A stretch of 64,000 bases of DNA. It comes from Candidatus Nanopelagicales bacterium. Its GTDB lineage: Bacteria > Actinomycetota > Actinomycetes > S36-B12. Shown here piece by piece: positions 39,025 to 48,883 of this stretch; position 1 is the stretch's first letter, and the number at the start of each line of letters is the position of its first letter. Under the pieces are notes generated by a model. It had not been told where the DNA came from. It worked only from the letters and a program-made list of their open reading frames with translations, and did not search any database. The stretch is from positions 949 to 64,948 of the forward strand of contig JBILOY010000001.1 in assembly GCA_044374195.1 (NCBI GenBank). The letters run 5' to 3'. A program made the position numbers and the translations under genes.

Positions 39025-40146
39025 TCAGCCCCTGATCGACGATGCGACCTCGTACCCGTGGATAACCTCACGCAGCACATTCGGCCACGAATCAGCAGGC
39101 TCGTGCGTGCGATTGTGCTCGGCGATCCGCGCTCGCAATGTCGGGTCATAGGCCAGCTGTGCGATCGCGCCCGCCATCGCCCAGTCGTCGGCGCCCACCA
39201 GGCCCTCGATGCCGTCAGTGACAAATTGAGTGGTGCCCGCATCAGCGTGGATCACGAGCGGCAGGCCTGCGCACCTGGCTTCAAGTGCCGCCAGACCGAA
39301 GGACTCCTTGATCGAGGGCTGAACATAGATGTCGGTACGACTGAAGACATCGAGAATACCGGCGCGATCGAGACGACCTGCGAATCTCACTGCAAGCCCA
39401 TGACGCCGGGCGAACTTCTCTGCGCGACCGCGTTCGGGCCCATCGCCGATGATCGTCAGCTCAAGTCGAGACGCAGTACCGACCATGCGTTGCGCTGACT
39501 GCAGCATCTTCAGCAATGGAATCACTCGCTTGCGCGGAGAAATCCGCATGACACTGGCAATGCGCACGACGTTATCGATCCGAGGTTCCGGGGTGATCGC
39601 CCAATCACTGGGGTTGATGCCATTGGGCAGGACGAGCACCGGTGCGCTCGCCGGCGCGACTTTCTCAATGTGCGCTGCCGCGATGCCGCTGACGGCTGAG
39701 AGTTGAATCCCCCACTTACTCCAGCCCAGTGCCTTGTCGCTCAGTGCGAAGGCGCGCTCGGCGACCGGACCCCAGATGCAGTGCACCGTGACGAGAGTCG
39801 GCAGCCCTGCGTCGCGTGCCGCGCGAATGGCGCCCCAGGCAAACGGCGAGATGACACCCGCATGCACGTGAACAACGTCGACCGGGTCAGCGGCGAGCAC
39901 TCCGCTCACTTCCCGGTACGTACGCGGGTGAATCGGCAAGCCTGCGGGGATATGCGCGGCCACCCGGTGGACGGTGATGGAGTCGATGATCTCAGTGCCG
40001 GCGAAGACATCTCCGGAACCACCGGTGGCGGTGATGATCCGCACGTCATGTCCTGCGGCCACCTGCTGGAGGGCCAGGGCGCGCACCTGCGTCTCGATAC
40101 CGCCCGTACGGGGCAGGTAGCAGTCACTGACGTGGGCGATCCTCAC
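39025..40146 (-). CDS. glycosyltransferase family 4 (GT-B fold, PimA/PimB-like)
   Basis: (V/M)RIAHVSDCYLPRTGGIETQVRALA..Q..AGHDVRIIT and the C-terminal E-x7-E region (ESFGLAALEARCAGLPLV). The start is uncertain: GTG 40146, ATG 40179 or ATG 40227. Confidence 0.8.
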   Translation of the reverse strand: MRIAHVSDCYLPRTGGIETQVRALALQQVAAGHDVRIITATGGSGDVFAGTEIIDSITVHRVAAHIPAGLPIHPRTYREVSGVLAADPVDVVHVHAGVISPFAWGAIRAARDAGLPTLVTVHCIWGPVAERAFALSDKALGWSKWGIQLSAVSGIAAAHIEKVAPASAPVLVLPNGINPSDWAITPEPRIDNVVRIASVMRISPRKRVIPLLKMLQSAQRMVGTASRLELTIIGDGPERGRAEKFARRHGLAVRFAGRLDRAGILDVFSRTDIYVQPSIKESFGLAALEARCAGLPLVIHADAGTTQFVTDGIEGLVGADDWAMAGAIAQLAYDPTLRARIAEHNRTHEPADSWPNVLREVIHGYEVASSIRG

Positions 40147-40177
40147 TCGGGTGACCGTACGCCACAATGGGCACACC

Positions 40178-41005
40178 ATGACATCTCGACCCGCCTCAGA
40201 CGACCTCGGCAGCACCCGCTCGCGCACCTTGGTCTTTGTCCACGCTCACCCCGATGATGAGGCATTGCTGACCGCCGGCACCATGGCCCGCGCGGTGGCC
40301 GAGGGCAACCGGGTCGTGTTGATCGTGGCCACAGACGGCGCAGCCGGCCTCACCAATGCCGAACACGCCGATGACCTCGCAGCCCACCGCCAGGAGGAGC
40401 TCAGTCGCTCGGCTCACATCCTTGGAGTCGATCGCCTCATCAATCTCGGCTATGCCGACTCCGGCCTGCATGGCGAGGTGGCCGATGGCTTCGCGCATCA
40501 GCCCAAGTTCGCCATCGCCAAGTTGATCGCCGCAATCCTCGATGACGAGGACTGCGACATCCTGATCGGTTACGACCCATCCGGCGGCTACGGACACCCC
40601 GACCACGTGCAGGTACACGACGTGGTGCGGGCGGCCTACGTGCTCGCGAAGAAGGCACCGCGTCTTTATGAGGCGACGTTGCCGCGCGAGCCGATCGCCC
40701 GCGCCGTACGGATGGCCTCGACCTTGCACCTGACACCCTCGGATTTCGATGCCAGTGAATTCGACGATGCCTGGACCCCGAAGAACCGCATCACGCACCG
40801 AGTCAACGTGCGCGAATACATGTCACAGAAAAAGGATGCCCTTCGCGCCCACGCTTCACAGGCCAGCGCCGACGGCACTATTCGCACCCTCGCCGTGCTC
40901 ACCCGCCTGCCGGGCCCGATCGCAAATCCGATCCTGGGCACCGAGTACTACGTCGAGGTCTCCCAGAGCGAAAGAGCTTCCTCGACCGCAGTAGCCGAGT
41001 CGTAG
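40178..41005 (+). CDS. PIG-L (LmbE/MshB-like) family deacetylase
   Basis: LVFVHAHPDDEALLTAGTMA and HPDH are zinc-binding motifs of the family. The start is uncertain (ATG 40178 or GTG 40151). Confidence 0.8.
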   Translation: MTSRPASDDLGSTRSRTLVFVHAHPDDEALLTAGTMARAVAEGNRVVLIVATDGAAGLTNAEHADDLAAHRQEELSRSAHILGVDRLINLGYADSGLHGEVADGFAHQPKFAIAKLIAAILDDEDCDILIGYDPSGGYGHPDHVQVHDVVRAAYVLAKKAPRLYEATLPREPIARAVRMASTLHLTPSDFDASEFDDAWTPKNRITHRVNVREYMSQKKDALRAHASQASADGTIRTLAVLTRLPGPIANPILGTEYYVEVSQSERASSTAVAES

Positions 41006-41853
41006 TCAATCCACCGAATTCGGGTATCGCGACGGAACCAGCGCTGCTGGCGGCGTGCGAACCTGCGCGTGGAGAAGATGATCTCTTCGCGGGCCTGCTC
41101 CTCGGTGATCTCGCCATCGAGCATCGCCAGCACCTGCGAGTAGCCCAGGGCCCGGGATGCTGTGCGTGCATTGCGCAACCCCCGGGCATCAAGGGCACGA
41201 ACCTCGTCGACGAATCCTGCGCCGAACATTGCATCAACTCGCTGAGCAATGCGCTCATCGAGTACAGCACGCGGAATCTCCAGACCGACGCGCACCGTGG
41301 GATACACGCCCACCGGATCAGGAAACTCAGCGATGAACGGCTCGCCGGTCAACTCGATAACTTCGAGCGCTCGTACGATCCGACGACCATTGGAGGGCAG
41401 GATCGCCGCCGCGGCAGCAGGATCAACCTCTGCCAGGCGCTCATGCAGCGCAGCTGAGCCGAGGGCTTCGAGCTCTGCCTCCCATCGTGAGCGCACCTGC
41501 TCATCAGTTCCGGGGAAGTTCAGGTCATCGAGCACTGCCGAAACGAAGAGCCCGGATCCGCCCACGACCACAGGCACGCGATCACGAGCGAGCACGTCAT
41601 CGATAGCCGCACGCGCATCAGTCTGGAACTCCGAGACCGTGACCAGGTGTTCCATCGGCCAGACATCCATCAGATGATGCGGAACTCCCCCGCGCTCTTC
41701 TTTAGTCGGTGTCGCAGTGCCGATATCCATGCCGAGATACACCTGCATCGAATCGGTGCTGATGATCTCTCCGCCGATGCGCTGCGCCACGGCAACGGCC
41801 AGCGCCGACTTGCCCGAGGCGGTGGGCCCGACAATCGCGAGGACGCGATTCAT
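40948..41853 (-). CDS. miaA: tRNA dimethylallyltransferase
   Basis: [40 protein letters not shown]. The 3' end overlaps the convergent PIG-L gene by 58 nt. Confidence 0.9.
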   Translation of the reverse strand: MNRVLAIVGPTASGKSALAVAVAQRIGGEIISTDSMQVYLGMDIGTATPTKEERGGVPHHLMDVWPMEHLVTVSEFQTDARAAIDDVLARDRVPVVVGGSGLFVSAVLDDLNFPGTDEQVRSRWEAELEALGSAALHERLAEVDPAAAAAILPSNGRRIVRALEVIELTGEPFIAEFPDPVGVYPTVRVGLEIPRAVLDERIAQRVDAMFGAGFVDEVRALDARGLRNARTASRALGYSQVLAMLDGEITEEQAREEIIFSTRRFARRQQRWFRRDTRIRWIDYDSATAVEEALSLWETST

Positions 41854-43346
41854 TCGCCAACGCGAATGGTGGGCAGGCCCAGCATCACGCCGGGGGTGAT
41901 CACCTCGATCGGTTGATCGGCAAGATCACCGGCACGCGTGCGGCGCACCGACACCATCCGATCGGCGTTCAGGTGATGCGGGGCGGCGTGCGTGATCTCA
42001 GCAGTGACCATGTCACCTGGACGAGGCGCGGGCAGAGCCGCGTCGAGTGCCACATGCACGAGTCGGTTGTCAGGTGCGCGACCGGAGATACGTGCAGTTG
42101 CGGCGTCCTTCTTGCCTTCGCCCACCGAGATCAGCACCTCGACCTCGCGGCCGACCTGCGCTTGGTTCTCGGCCAGCGTGACCTCGTTCACCGTGTCTAG
42201 CAGGCGGTTGTAACGCTCAGTGACGATGGCCTGCGGGATCTGGTCGGGCATCTCAGCGGCCGGAGTACCCGGACGCTTGGAGTACTGGAAGGTGAAGGCC
42301 GCAGCAAAGCGAGCCTCGCGCACCACGTGCAGGGTCTGCTCGAAGTCGACCTCAGTCTCGCCTGGGAAACCGACGATGATGTCGGTCGTGATCGCCGCAT
42401 CGGGCATCGCGGCACGCACCTTCTCGATGATGCCGAGGTAGCGATCTTGGCGATACGAACGACGCATGCGCTGCAGCACCTCATCGGAGCCTGACTGAAG
42501 CGGCATGTGCAGACTCGGCATCACATTGGTCGTCTCGGCCATTGCGGCAATGACGTCGTCGGTGAAGTCACGCGGATGCGGGCTCATAAATCGCACGCGC
42601 TCCAGGCCATCGATCTCACCGCAGGCTCTCAGCAACTTGCCGAAGGCCTCGCGATCGCCGAACTCCGCACCGTAGGCATTGACGTTTTGACCAAGAAGGG
42701 TGATCTCGAGAACGCCCTGATCAACCAGCACCTGGATCTCGTTCAGGATGTCGCCCGGGCGGCGATCCTTCTCCTTGCCGCGCAGCGCGGGCACGATGCA
42801 AAACGTGCAGGTGTTATTGCATCCGACGCTGATCGATACCCAGGCCGAGTATGCCGAGTCACGCTTGGAGGGAAGTGCCGACGGGAAGGTCTCGAGCGAC
42901 TCGAGAATCTCGATCTGAGCTTCGTCGAGTGCACGAGCACGCTCAAGCAGAATCGGCAGGGAACCAATGTTGTGGGTGCCGAAGACGACGTCAACATTGG
43001 GGGCCTTGGCAAGAATCGTGCCTTGATCCTTTTGCGCGAGGCAGCCGCCGACCGCGATCTGCATGCCCGGGTTCGCAGCCTTCACCGGGACGAGATGGCT
43101 CAGATTCCCATAAAGCTTGTTGTCGGCGTTCTCGCGCACGGCGCAGGTATTGAAGACGACTACGTCGGCCACGACCCCCTCGGCCACCGGCACGTAGCCA
43201 GCATCCTCGAGCAACCCCGACAGACGCTCAGAGTCGTGCACGTTCATCTGGCAGCCATAGGTGCGCACCTGGTATGAGCGAGGAGACATACCTACGGGTT
43301 CACCCACCACAGAACTGTTGGCAGCAATGGACGTTTTGCCCACCAT
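41850..43346 (-). CDS. miaB: tRNA (N6-isopentenyladenosine-37-C2)-methylthiotransferase
   Basis: [16 protein letters not shown], the radical-SAM motif [11 protein letters not shown] and a TRAM domain are present. ATG 43346 has a TAGGAGGA Shine-Dalgarno sequence. The gene overlaps miaA by 4 nt. Confidence 0.9.
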   Translation of the reverse strand: MVGKTSIAANSSVVGEPVGMSPRSYQVRTYGCQMNVHDSERLSGLLEDAGYVPVAEGVVADVVVFNTCAVRENADNKLYGNLSHLVPVKAANPGMQIAVGGCLAQKDQGTILAKAPNVDVVFGTHNIGSLPILLERARALDEAQIEILESLETFPSALPSKRDSAYSAWVSISVGCNNTCTFCIVPALRGKEKDRRPGDILNEIQVLVDQGVLEITLLGQNVNAYGAEFGDREAFGKLLRACGEIDGLERVRFMSPHPRDFTDDVIAAMAETTNVMPSLHMPLQSGSDEVLQRMRRSYRQDRYLGIIEKVRAAMPDAAITTDIIVGFPGETEVDFEQTLHVVREARFAAAFTFQYSKRPGTPAAEMPDQIPQAIVTERYNRLLDTVNEVTLAENQAQVGREVEVLISVGEGKKDAATARISGRAPDNRLVHVALDAALPAPRPGDMVTAEITHAAPHHLNADRMVSVRRTRAGDLADQPIEVITPGVMLGLPTIRVGE

Positions 43347-43408
43347 GCTGTCCTCCTACCAAAGGCTGGTGAAGCCCATTGCCCACCGGTCGCTCGACGA
43401 TGGAGAGT

Positions 43409-44305
43409 CTAGGGATGCCGCTCCAGTGTTCCCGAGTCGGCTCGCGATGCCATCCAGGCCTTCTTATGGAACAGCACAAGGATGCAGGCCGCAGCTCCCA
43501 ACGCATAAAAGAAGCTCTGGACGCCATACGTAAAGATATTTCTCAAGGCTGGATCGTTCATCCAACTGGTCACGGCGCTTGGGAGATTTGACACGGACCA
43601 GATTGAGACTGCCATGATCGTGAGAGTCACAGCAGGGCGTCCGATCCGCAGTGTCAAATGCTCAACGTGATTGATCACGGCGATCGCAATGAGAACAGGA
43701 CCGACGACACTGAGCACTCCATCCATCGTGTTATTTCGCGCGACGCTCTGCTCGATAAAGCTCAGTCCGTAGATCAGCATGCCCAGGCCCAGTGTGAGCA
43801 GCTGGAAAAAGGAAGCATGTATTTGGGTGGACGCTTTCCTACTTCGCTCGAGGCGAGTCTCCTTGCGATGGATCACGAAGAATGTACCGATCGCTCCTAG
43901 AATCCAGGCAGTGCCCCAACACACATATGCGTACTGAGCCATGGAGCCGCCCTGCAGGGACGGATCGAACACGTACGGAACCCATAACGCAGAGGCTGCG
44001 ACTATTCCGAGATTAAAGAAGACGAGGGCCGTCAAGCCGAATCTCGTCCGATGTTGATCAAGGTGACTGAGTGTGGCCGCGGCAAGGAAGAGCGTCCCAA
44101 CGGTCAAGAGAATGAACGCGAGTCTTCCACCTTGGCTTACCGGTGCCAAGAAGAGCATGAATTTGCCAACTGCAATGGAGAGAAAGCCAATCGCACCCAA
44201 CCCAACCGAGATTCGATTCACGTGGATGGGCTCTGCCTCCCGATCTGCGCGTGACATCCGCAGAGTCCAAGCTACTAACTCGTCAACATCATCGGCCATT
44301 TGCAT
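43409..44305 (-). CDS. hypothetical polytopic membrane protein (about 8 TM, 4+4 internal repeat), low-GC gene
   Basis: A long ORF with a GAAGGA Shine-Dalgarno sequence 5 nt before the ATG. Eight hydrophobic segments are predicted, and the two halves share repeated motifs. I recognise no family. Confidence 0.6.
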   Translation of the reverse strand: MQMADDVDELVAWTLRMSRADREAEPIHVNRISVGLGAIGFLSIAVGKFMLFLAPVSQGGRLAFILLTVGTLFLAAATLSHLDQHRTRFGLTALVFFNLGIVAASALWVPYVFDPSLQGGSMAQYAYVCWGTAWILGAIGTFFVIHRKETRLERSRKASTQIHASFFQLLTLGLGMLIYGLSFIEQSVARNNTMDGVLSVVGPVLIAIAVINHVEHLTLRIGRPAVTLTIMAVSIWSVSNLPSAVTSWMNDPALRNIFTYGVQSFFYALGAAACILVLFHKKAWMASRADSGTLERHP

Positions 44306-44488
44306 CCTTCGTGATTAAGCACGCCATATTCGTGAAAAGGAAAGGTCTTCGAGTCAATGATTATCCGTGACCCCGCAGTGCCGCGCCCGCACTATAGCCG
44401 AATCCCCAATGACTAAAGGCTAGAGAAATCAATCTGAGGCGTCATCTCGCGACGATCACTCCAGATCATGGATGAAGACAGAGCAGTC

Positions 44489-44518
44489 GCACAGGTGCCT
44501 GGTCGCCAACACCTGTGC
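44489..44518 (-). terminator. hairpin downstream of the MFS gene
   Basis: gcacaggtg-N12-cacctgtgc is a 9-bp perfect stem starting 28 nt after the stop at 44546. It has no U-tract. Confidence 0.4.
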
Positions 44519-44545
44519 CAGTTGTGCGCAGGCGTCGGTCGAGCA

Positions 44546-45823
44546 TCAGTCTACGATCGCGCGAGTGGTGCCCCTGAACCATGGAACGCCAGGAAGTACC
44601 ACGAGCACAAGCAGCGGAATGATCGCCGCGAAGCACAGCACGGAGTAAGAACTCGCGACCACGATGAGGCCGGCCAGGATTCCGCCGAGGGCTCCCGCCA
44701 CGTTCATCACGAGATCCGACAACCCCTGCACCGAGGGTCGATTCTCCGCCGCGATGGCGTCGGTCACCATGGTCGAGCCCGAGATCAGCGTGAATGACCA
44801 GCCCAGGCCGAGCAGGAATAGTCCAAGTCCGAGTTGAATCGTGCCGTGAGGGCCGGCGGTTCCGGCGATGACACAGGAGCCGATCAAGATCGCCGTGCCT
44901 GTCAGTGCCATCGGAAGTCGACCGAATCGATCAACGAGAATTCCGACTACCGGTGCGAAGGCGTACATGCCAAGAATGTGAATGCTGATCACCAGACCGA
45001 TGAGCTGCAAGGTCGCGTGCCCAACATCCATGTGCACCGGAGTCATGACCATCACCATCACCATCACCAGGTGACCAATGGCAATCACGACAATTCCCAG
45101 GATTGCCTGTGGAGCTGCACGCAGATGGGCAATGCCGTCTCGCACTCGCGGTTTTGCCCGGGCAATACCGGTTGCAGCCCGACGATGCACCGCTACCAAG
45201 TAGGGATCCGGGCGCAAAAACACCATGAGGATCAGGGCGGCAAGGGCCAAGGTGACCGCGGTGATCACGTACGGGCCGGCCAATGGTTCTAGGCCAAGGA
45301 ATGAGCCGAGCTCTCCTGAGACATTGAGCAGATTCGGACCGAGCACCGCACCGATGGTTCCTGCCCACACCACCCATGACAGGGCGCGTGCTCGTTGATC
45401 ATCCTCGGCAAGATCGGTGGCTGCGTATCTCGATTGGAAGGTCGCCGCCGATGCGACTCCTACGAGCAGGCAGCCAATGAGAAGCAGCCATAGCGAATGC
45501 GCAATCGAGGCAGCGATAACGACGAGTCCGCCCAAAGCTCCGATGCCGAAGCCCAGGGACAACGCCGCACGACGTCCGCGACTCATGGCTACGCGCGCCA
45601 GCGGTAATGACAGCAGTGCTGCACCCAGGACTCCGGCGGTCTGCGCGAGCCCTGCAGCGCCCTCAGAGTCAGCCAGGCGAGCGGCCAGCAGCCCGCCGGC
45701 TGCAATGGATCCCGCCACGGCTACACCGCTCAGTGCCGACGCACCTGAAAGCACGCGCAGACTGCGCCGTTGAATCTGCGCTGTGTCGGTCTGCGCTATG
45801 TCGGCCTGCGTGTCATTCACCAT
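44546..45823 (-). CDS. MFS transporter
   Basis: A 425-aa protein with about 12 TM segments and an MFS-like loop motif between TM2 and TM3 (MSRGRRAAL). Confidence 0.8.
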   Translation of the reverse strand: MVNDTQADIAQTDTAQIQRRSLRVLSGASALSGVAVAGSIAAGGLLAARLADSEGAAGLAQTAGVLGAALLSLPLARVAMSRGRRAALSLGFGIGALGGLVVIAASIAHSLWLLLIGCLLVGVASAATFQSRYAATDLAEDDQRARALSWVVWAGTIGAVLGPNLLNVSGELGSFLGLEPLAGPYVITAVTLALAALILMVFLRPDPYLVAVHRRAATGIARAKPRVRDGIAHLRAAPQAILGIVVIAIGHLVMVMVMVMTPVHMDVGHATLQLIGLVISIHILGMYAFAPVVGILVDRFGRLPMALTGTAILIGSCVIAGTAGPHGTIQLGLGLFLLGLGWSFTLISGSTMVTDAIAAENRPSVQGLSDLVMNVAGALGGILAGLIVVASSYSVLCFAAIIPLLVLVVLPGVPWFRGTTRAIVD

Positions 45824-45875
45824 CGCAGGCTACTCGCGCGCGACGCGGGAGTCTCAGCCGGCGCTGCAACAGATA

Positions 45876-45908
45876 AGTGCCCCTCCTGCACAAGGCAGAA
45901 GGGGCACT
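45876..45908 (-). terminator. strong hairpin downstream of the MMPL gene
   Basis: agtgcccctcctgc-acaag-gcagaaggggcact has 14-nt arms with one mismatch, and lies 19 nt after the stop at 45927. Confidence 0.65.
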
Positions 45909-45926
45909 CACACGTACTAAATACGA

Positions 45927-48248
45927 CTATTGACCGGCCTTGACCGGCAGCACGTCGTCTACTTCATCATCTTCCGACTCTGACTCCACATGAACGACGG
46001 GCAAGATCTTGCCCAGCCAGCGCGGCAGCCACCAGTTCGGTCGACCGATGATCGTCATCAGCGAGGGCACGAAGATGAGCCTGATGATGAAGGCATCGAT
46101 GAGCACTGCGCTGGCCAGTGAGATACCGAACAGCTTGATGGTTGCGTCGGGCGTCGGGATGAAGGCCATGAACACGCTGGCCATAATCAGGGCCGCGATA
46201 ACGACCACGCGGCCGGAGCCGGCCAGACCACGACGAATCGCTGCCCGGTTGTCATCGGTGCGCTCCCACTCCTCGCGCATGCGCGAGACAAGGAACACCT
46301 GATAGTCCATTGATAGGCCGAACAAGATCGCGAACACCATGATCGGCAGGAAGGGCATGATCGGCCCGGTGCCGCTGATTCCGAGCAGGCTGTTGAACCA
46401 ACCCCACTGGAATACGGCGACGGTGATACCCAACGATGCCGCGAAGCTAAGCAAACTGGTGATGGCTGCCGTCGCAGGAACAATGATGCTGCGGAAGAGC
46501 AGCACCAGCGCCAAGAAGCCAAGACCGATCACCACGAGCAAGAAGATCGGCAGGGCGTTCTTCAGCACAGTGGTGAAGTCACTGGTGATCGCCTGAGTGC
46601 CGCCCACATAGAGCTTGGCACCGGTAGCCGCCTCGATCTTCGGGTCAACCGTCTCACGAAGCTCGGTCAGCAGGTCAGTAGTCGCTTGATCCTGCGGAGC
46701 GCTGCTCGGCACAACACCAATGACAGCGACATCGCCTGTCAGGCCGAACTCTTGCGGGAACACGTCAACGAGCGGGAGCATCGCCACGCTCGGGTTCGTT
46801 CCGGCCACACCGGGTGCTGCAGCAAGTTCGGTGACGATGGTCTTGTAGGCCTCGGTGTCGCCGGCCGACGGCAGCTGCGCAACGACAAGGAACGGGCCAT
46901 TGGAGCCGGGGCCGAAGCCCTCAGCGCGCAGGTCGTAGGCAGTGCGGGAGATGGAACCGACCGGCTTGCCTGAGTCGTCAGAGAAGCCTTGACGCAGCGA
47001 GAGGACCGGAATGGCCAAGATGATGACAAAGGCGAGCGATAGCACTGCCCACAGCCACGGGCGACGCTGCAAGAAGGCGCCATAAGCCGCCCAGCGGTGA
47101 CCATCGACATGGCCCGAGCCGGGCTTCTTGCCCCAGGGCAGGCGAATGGCCAAGGTCTTGGTGCCCAGCAGTGACAGCAGTGCAGGAAGGAACCACAGAG
47201 CGGAGAGCATGACCATGAGCACGGTCAGGCCAGCGGCAAGCGAGAGGCCGTTGAAGAAATTGATGCCAAGCACGAACAGACCGAGCAAAGCGATGATCAC
47301 CGTGCTGCCGGCGAAGAGCACCGCGCGACCTGCGGTATTCACTGCCTCGAGCGCGGCTGCCTTCTTGTCACGGCCGAGCAAGATGGCCGAGCGGAATCGG
47401 TTCAGCACGAACAGGCCGTAGTCGATGCCGACGCCGAGGCCGATCATCGCGGCCAGGGTCGGCGCGAAGGTCGCAACGTCCATCAAGCGCGCAAGCAAGG
47501 TGACGAGAGTGACGCCCAACGCGACACCCAGACCTGCGACAACAATCGGCAAGCCCGCGGCCACGACGGAACCGAAGGCGATCAGCAAGATGAGAAGTGC
47601 GGCGATGATGCCGATGAGTTCACTGCTCGGGGGCTCCTGGCCGGCGAAGTCGAGAACCTGGCCATTGGCACCCACACGCAGCGTTGCCGTGTTCGCAGCC
47701 TTGACGTCAGCGATGATCTCCTTTGCGGCTGCCGTCGGCACAGCGGACGGATCACCGCTCGCGAAGGTCACAGTGGCGATGGCAACGCGGCCATCAGGGC
47801 TAATGCCCTGCGGAGTCATGCTGGCCTTCAGCGCCGCTTGCTGCTCAGGGGTCAACTTGGCCATCTCGGCCTGCGGCATCGGCTGCGGGGCCGGCGGGCA
47901 GGCAGTGCCCAGGCCCTGACCGGTGGGCAGGGTGACGCAGCCAACCGCTGACAGATCAGCGATCTTTTGCAAAGTGGGGGTGATTTCAGCGAGGACGGCC
48001 GGATCAACGGCACTTCCGGTGGTCGGCGACCACACGATGGTCGCCCCTGCCTCGTAGGAGCCCGTGTTGGCACCTGAGGATGCGAGCAGGTCGGTTGCCG
48101 TCTTCGACTCGGTGTTCGGTAGATCGAAGGAGTCGTTCAGCGTGCCCGCGAAGGTGCTGCCCACTCCGAAGATCGCGATAACAGCAACGAACCAGGCAAT
48201 GAGGGCAAAGACAGGCCGACGTACGGCCCAACTGGACAACCCGGGCAT
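45927..48248 (-). CDS. MMPL family (RND superfamily) transporter
   Basis: A 773-aa protein with two 6-TM bundles separated by large soluble loops. The N-terminus SWAVRRPVFALIAWFV and the repeated GxGxDYxxF blocks (GVGIDYGLF, GLSMDYQVF) match the family. Confidence 0.85.
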   Translation of the reverse strand: MPGLSSWAVRRPVFALIAWFVAVIAIFGVGSTFAGTLNDSFDLPNTESKTATDLLASSGANTGSYEAGATIVWSPTTGSAVDPAVLAEITPTLQKIADLSAVGCVTLPTGQGLGTACPPAPQPMPQAEMAKLTPEQQAALKASMTPQGISPDGRVAIATVTFASGDPSAVPTAAAKEIIADVKAANTATLRVGANGQVLDFAGQEPPSSELIGIIAALLILLIAFGSVVAAGLPIVVAGLGVALGVTLVTLLARLMDVATFAPTLAAMIGLGVGIDYGLFVLNRFRSAILLGRDKKAAALEAVNTAGRAVLFAGSTVIIALLGLFVLGINFFNGLSLAAGLTVLMVMLSALWFLPALLSLLGTKTLAIRLPWGKKPGSGHVDGHRWAAYGAFLQRRPWLWAVLSLAFVIILAIPVLSLRQGFSDDSGKPVGSISRTAYDLRAEGFGPGSNGPFLVVAQLPSAGDTEAYKTIVTELAAAPGVAGTNPSVAMLPLVDVFPQEFGLTGDVAVIGVVPSSAPQDQATTDLLTELRETVDPKIEAATGAKLYVGGTQAITSDFTTVLKNALPIFLLVVIGLGFLALVLLFRSIIVPATAAITSLLSFAASLGITVAVFQWGWFNSLLGISGTGPIMPFLPIMVFAILFGLSMDYQVFLVSRMREEWERTDDNRAAIRRGLAGSGRVVVIAALIMASVFMAFIPTPDATIKLFGISLASAVLIDAFIIRLIFVPSLMTIIGRPNWWLPRWLGKILPVVHVESESEDDEVDDVLPVKAGQ

Positions 48249-48283
48249 AGAAAACTCCGCATCAGTGAGGTGATGGGGTAAAT

Positions 48284-48859
48284 TTACCCGTCAATCTGAA
48301 CATTGTGCAATTCCAGGAGGTCATGCGTGTCGGGATCATCAAGAACCTCCTTGACCACCCCGAAACAGACACCTGGCGGATAGCCACGGCGGGCCAGCAT
48401 CGAGGTCAACCGTCGGACCCTGGCCTGATGCTCAAGGCGCACGGTGGACGCCAACTTTCGACGAACGAGATCGCCGGCGCGCTCGCGCTCCGCCTCGTCG
48501 GTGATCGTGGCAAGGGCGACCTCGGCATCATCGGTGGGAACCCCCTTCTCGCGCAGTTCGCGACGAAGGACGGACCGGGCATTACCGCGAATCGAGTGCC
48601 GCGATCGCACCCACATCTCGGCGAACTCAGTGTCGTTGATCAGGCCAACCTCAACATAGCGATCGAGTACCGCGGTGATGACGTTGATCTCAAAACCGCG
48701 CTCGAGAAGGCCGTCGCGCAATTGCGCGTAGGTGCGAGGAGCGGCAGCCAGACGGCGCAGCACGATCGTTCGTGCTGCCTGCGCAGGATCAGCCTCTGCC
48801 TGCAGATCAGCGAGTGAGCCCGCAGTGGGCTCACTCGCTGATCTGGTTCTCCTGGACAT
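48284..48859 (-). CDS. recX: recombination regulator RecX
   Basis: AR.IVLRRLA.APRT.AQL...L.ERG........VLDRY.EVGLI.D..FAE.WV.SR, located directly downstream of recA. Confidence 0.85.
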   Translation of the reverse strand: MSRRTRSASEPTAGSLADLQAEADPAQAARTIVLRRLAAAPRTYAQLRDGLLERGFEINVITAVLDRYVEVGLINDTEFAEMWVRSRHSIRGNARSVLRRELREKGVPTDDAEVALATITDEAERERAGDLVRRKLASTVRLEHQARVRRLTSMLARRGYPPGVCFGVVKEVLDDPDTHDLLELHNVQIDG

Positions 48860-48883
48860 GGGGGCAGTGGTCAGAAGGGATAG

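Noticed and set aside
38053-39498. A 481-aa ORF on the plus strand.
   Set aside because: It is entirely antisense to the well-supported dapF and GT4 genes. It is Arg/His/Gly-rich with no recognisable motif, as expected for a shadow ORF in high-GC DNA.
43347-44545. The low-GC islet considered as an IS element, prophage remnant or integrative element.
   Set aside because: There is no transposase, integrase or recombinase ORF, no terminal inverted repeats, no flanking direct repeats and no adjacent tRNA. It is kept only as a compositional anomaly (see findings).
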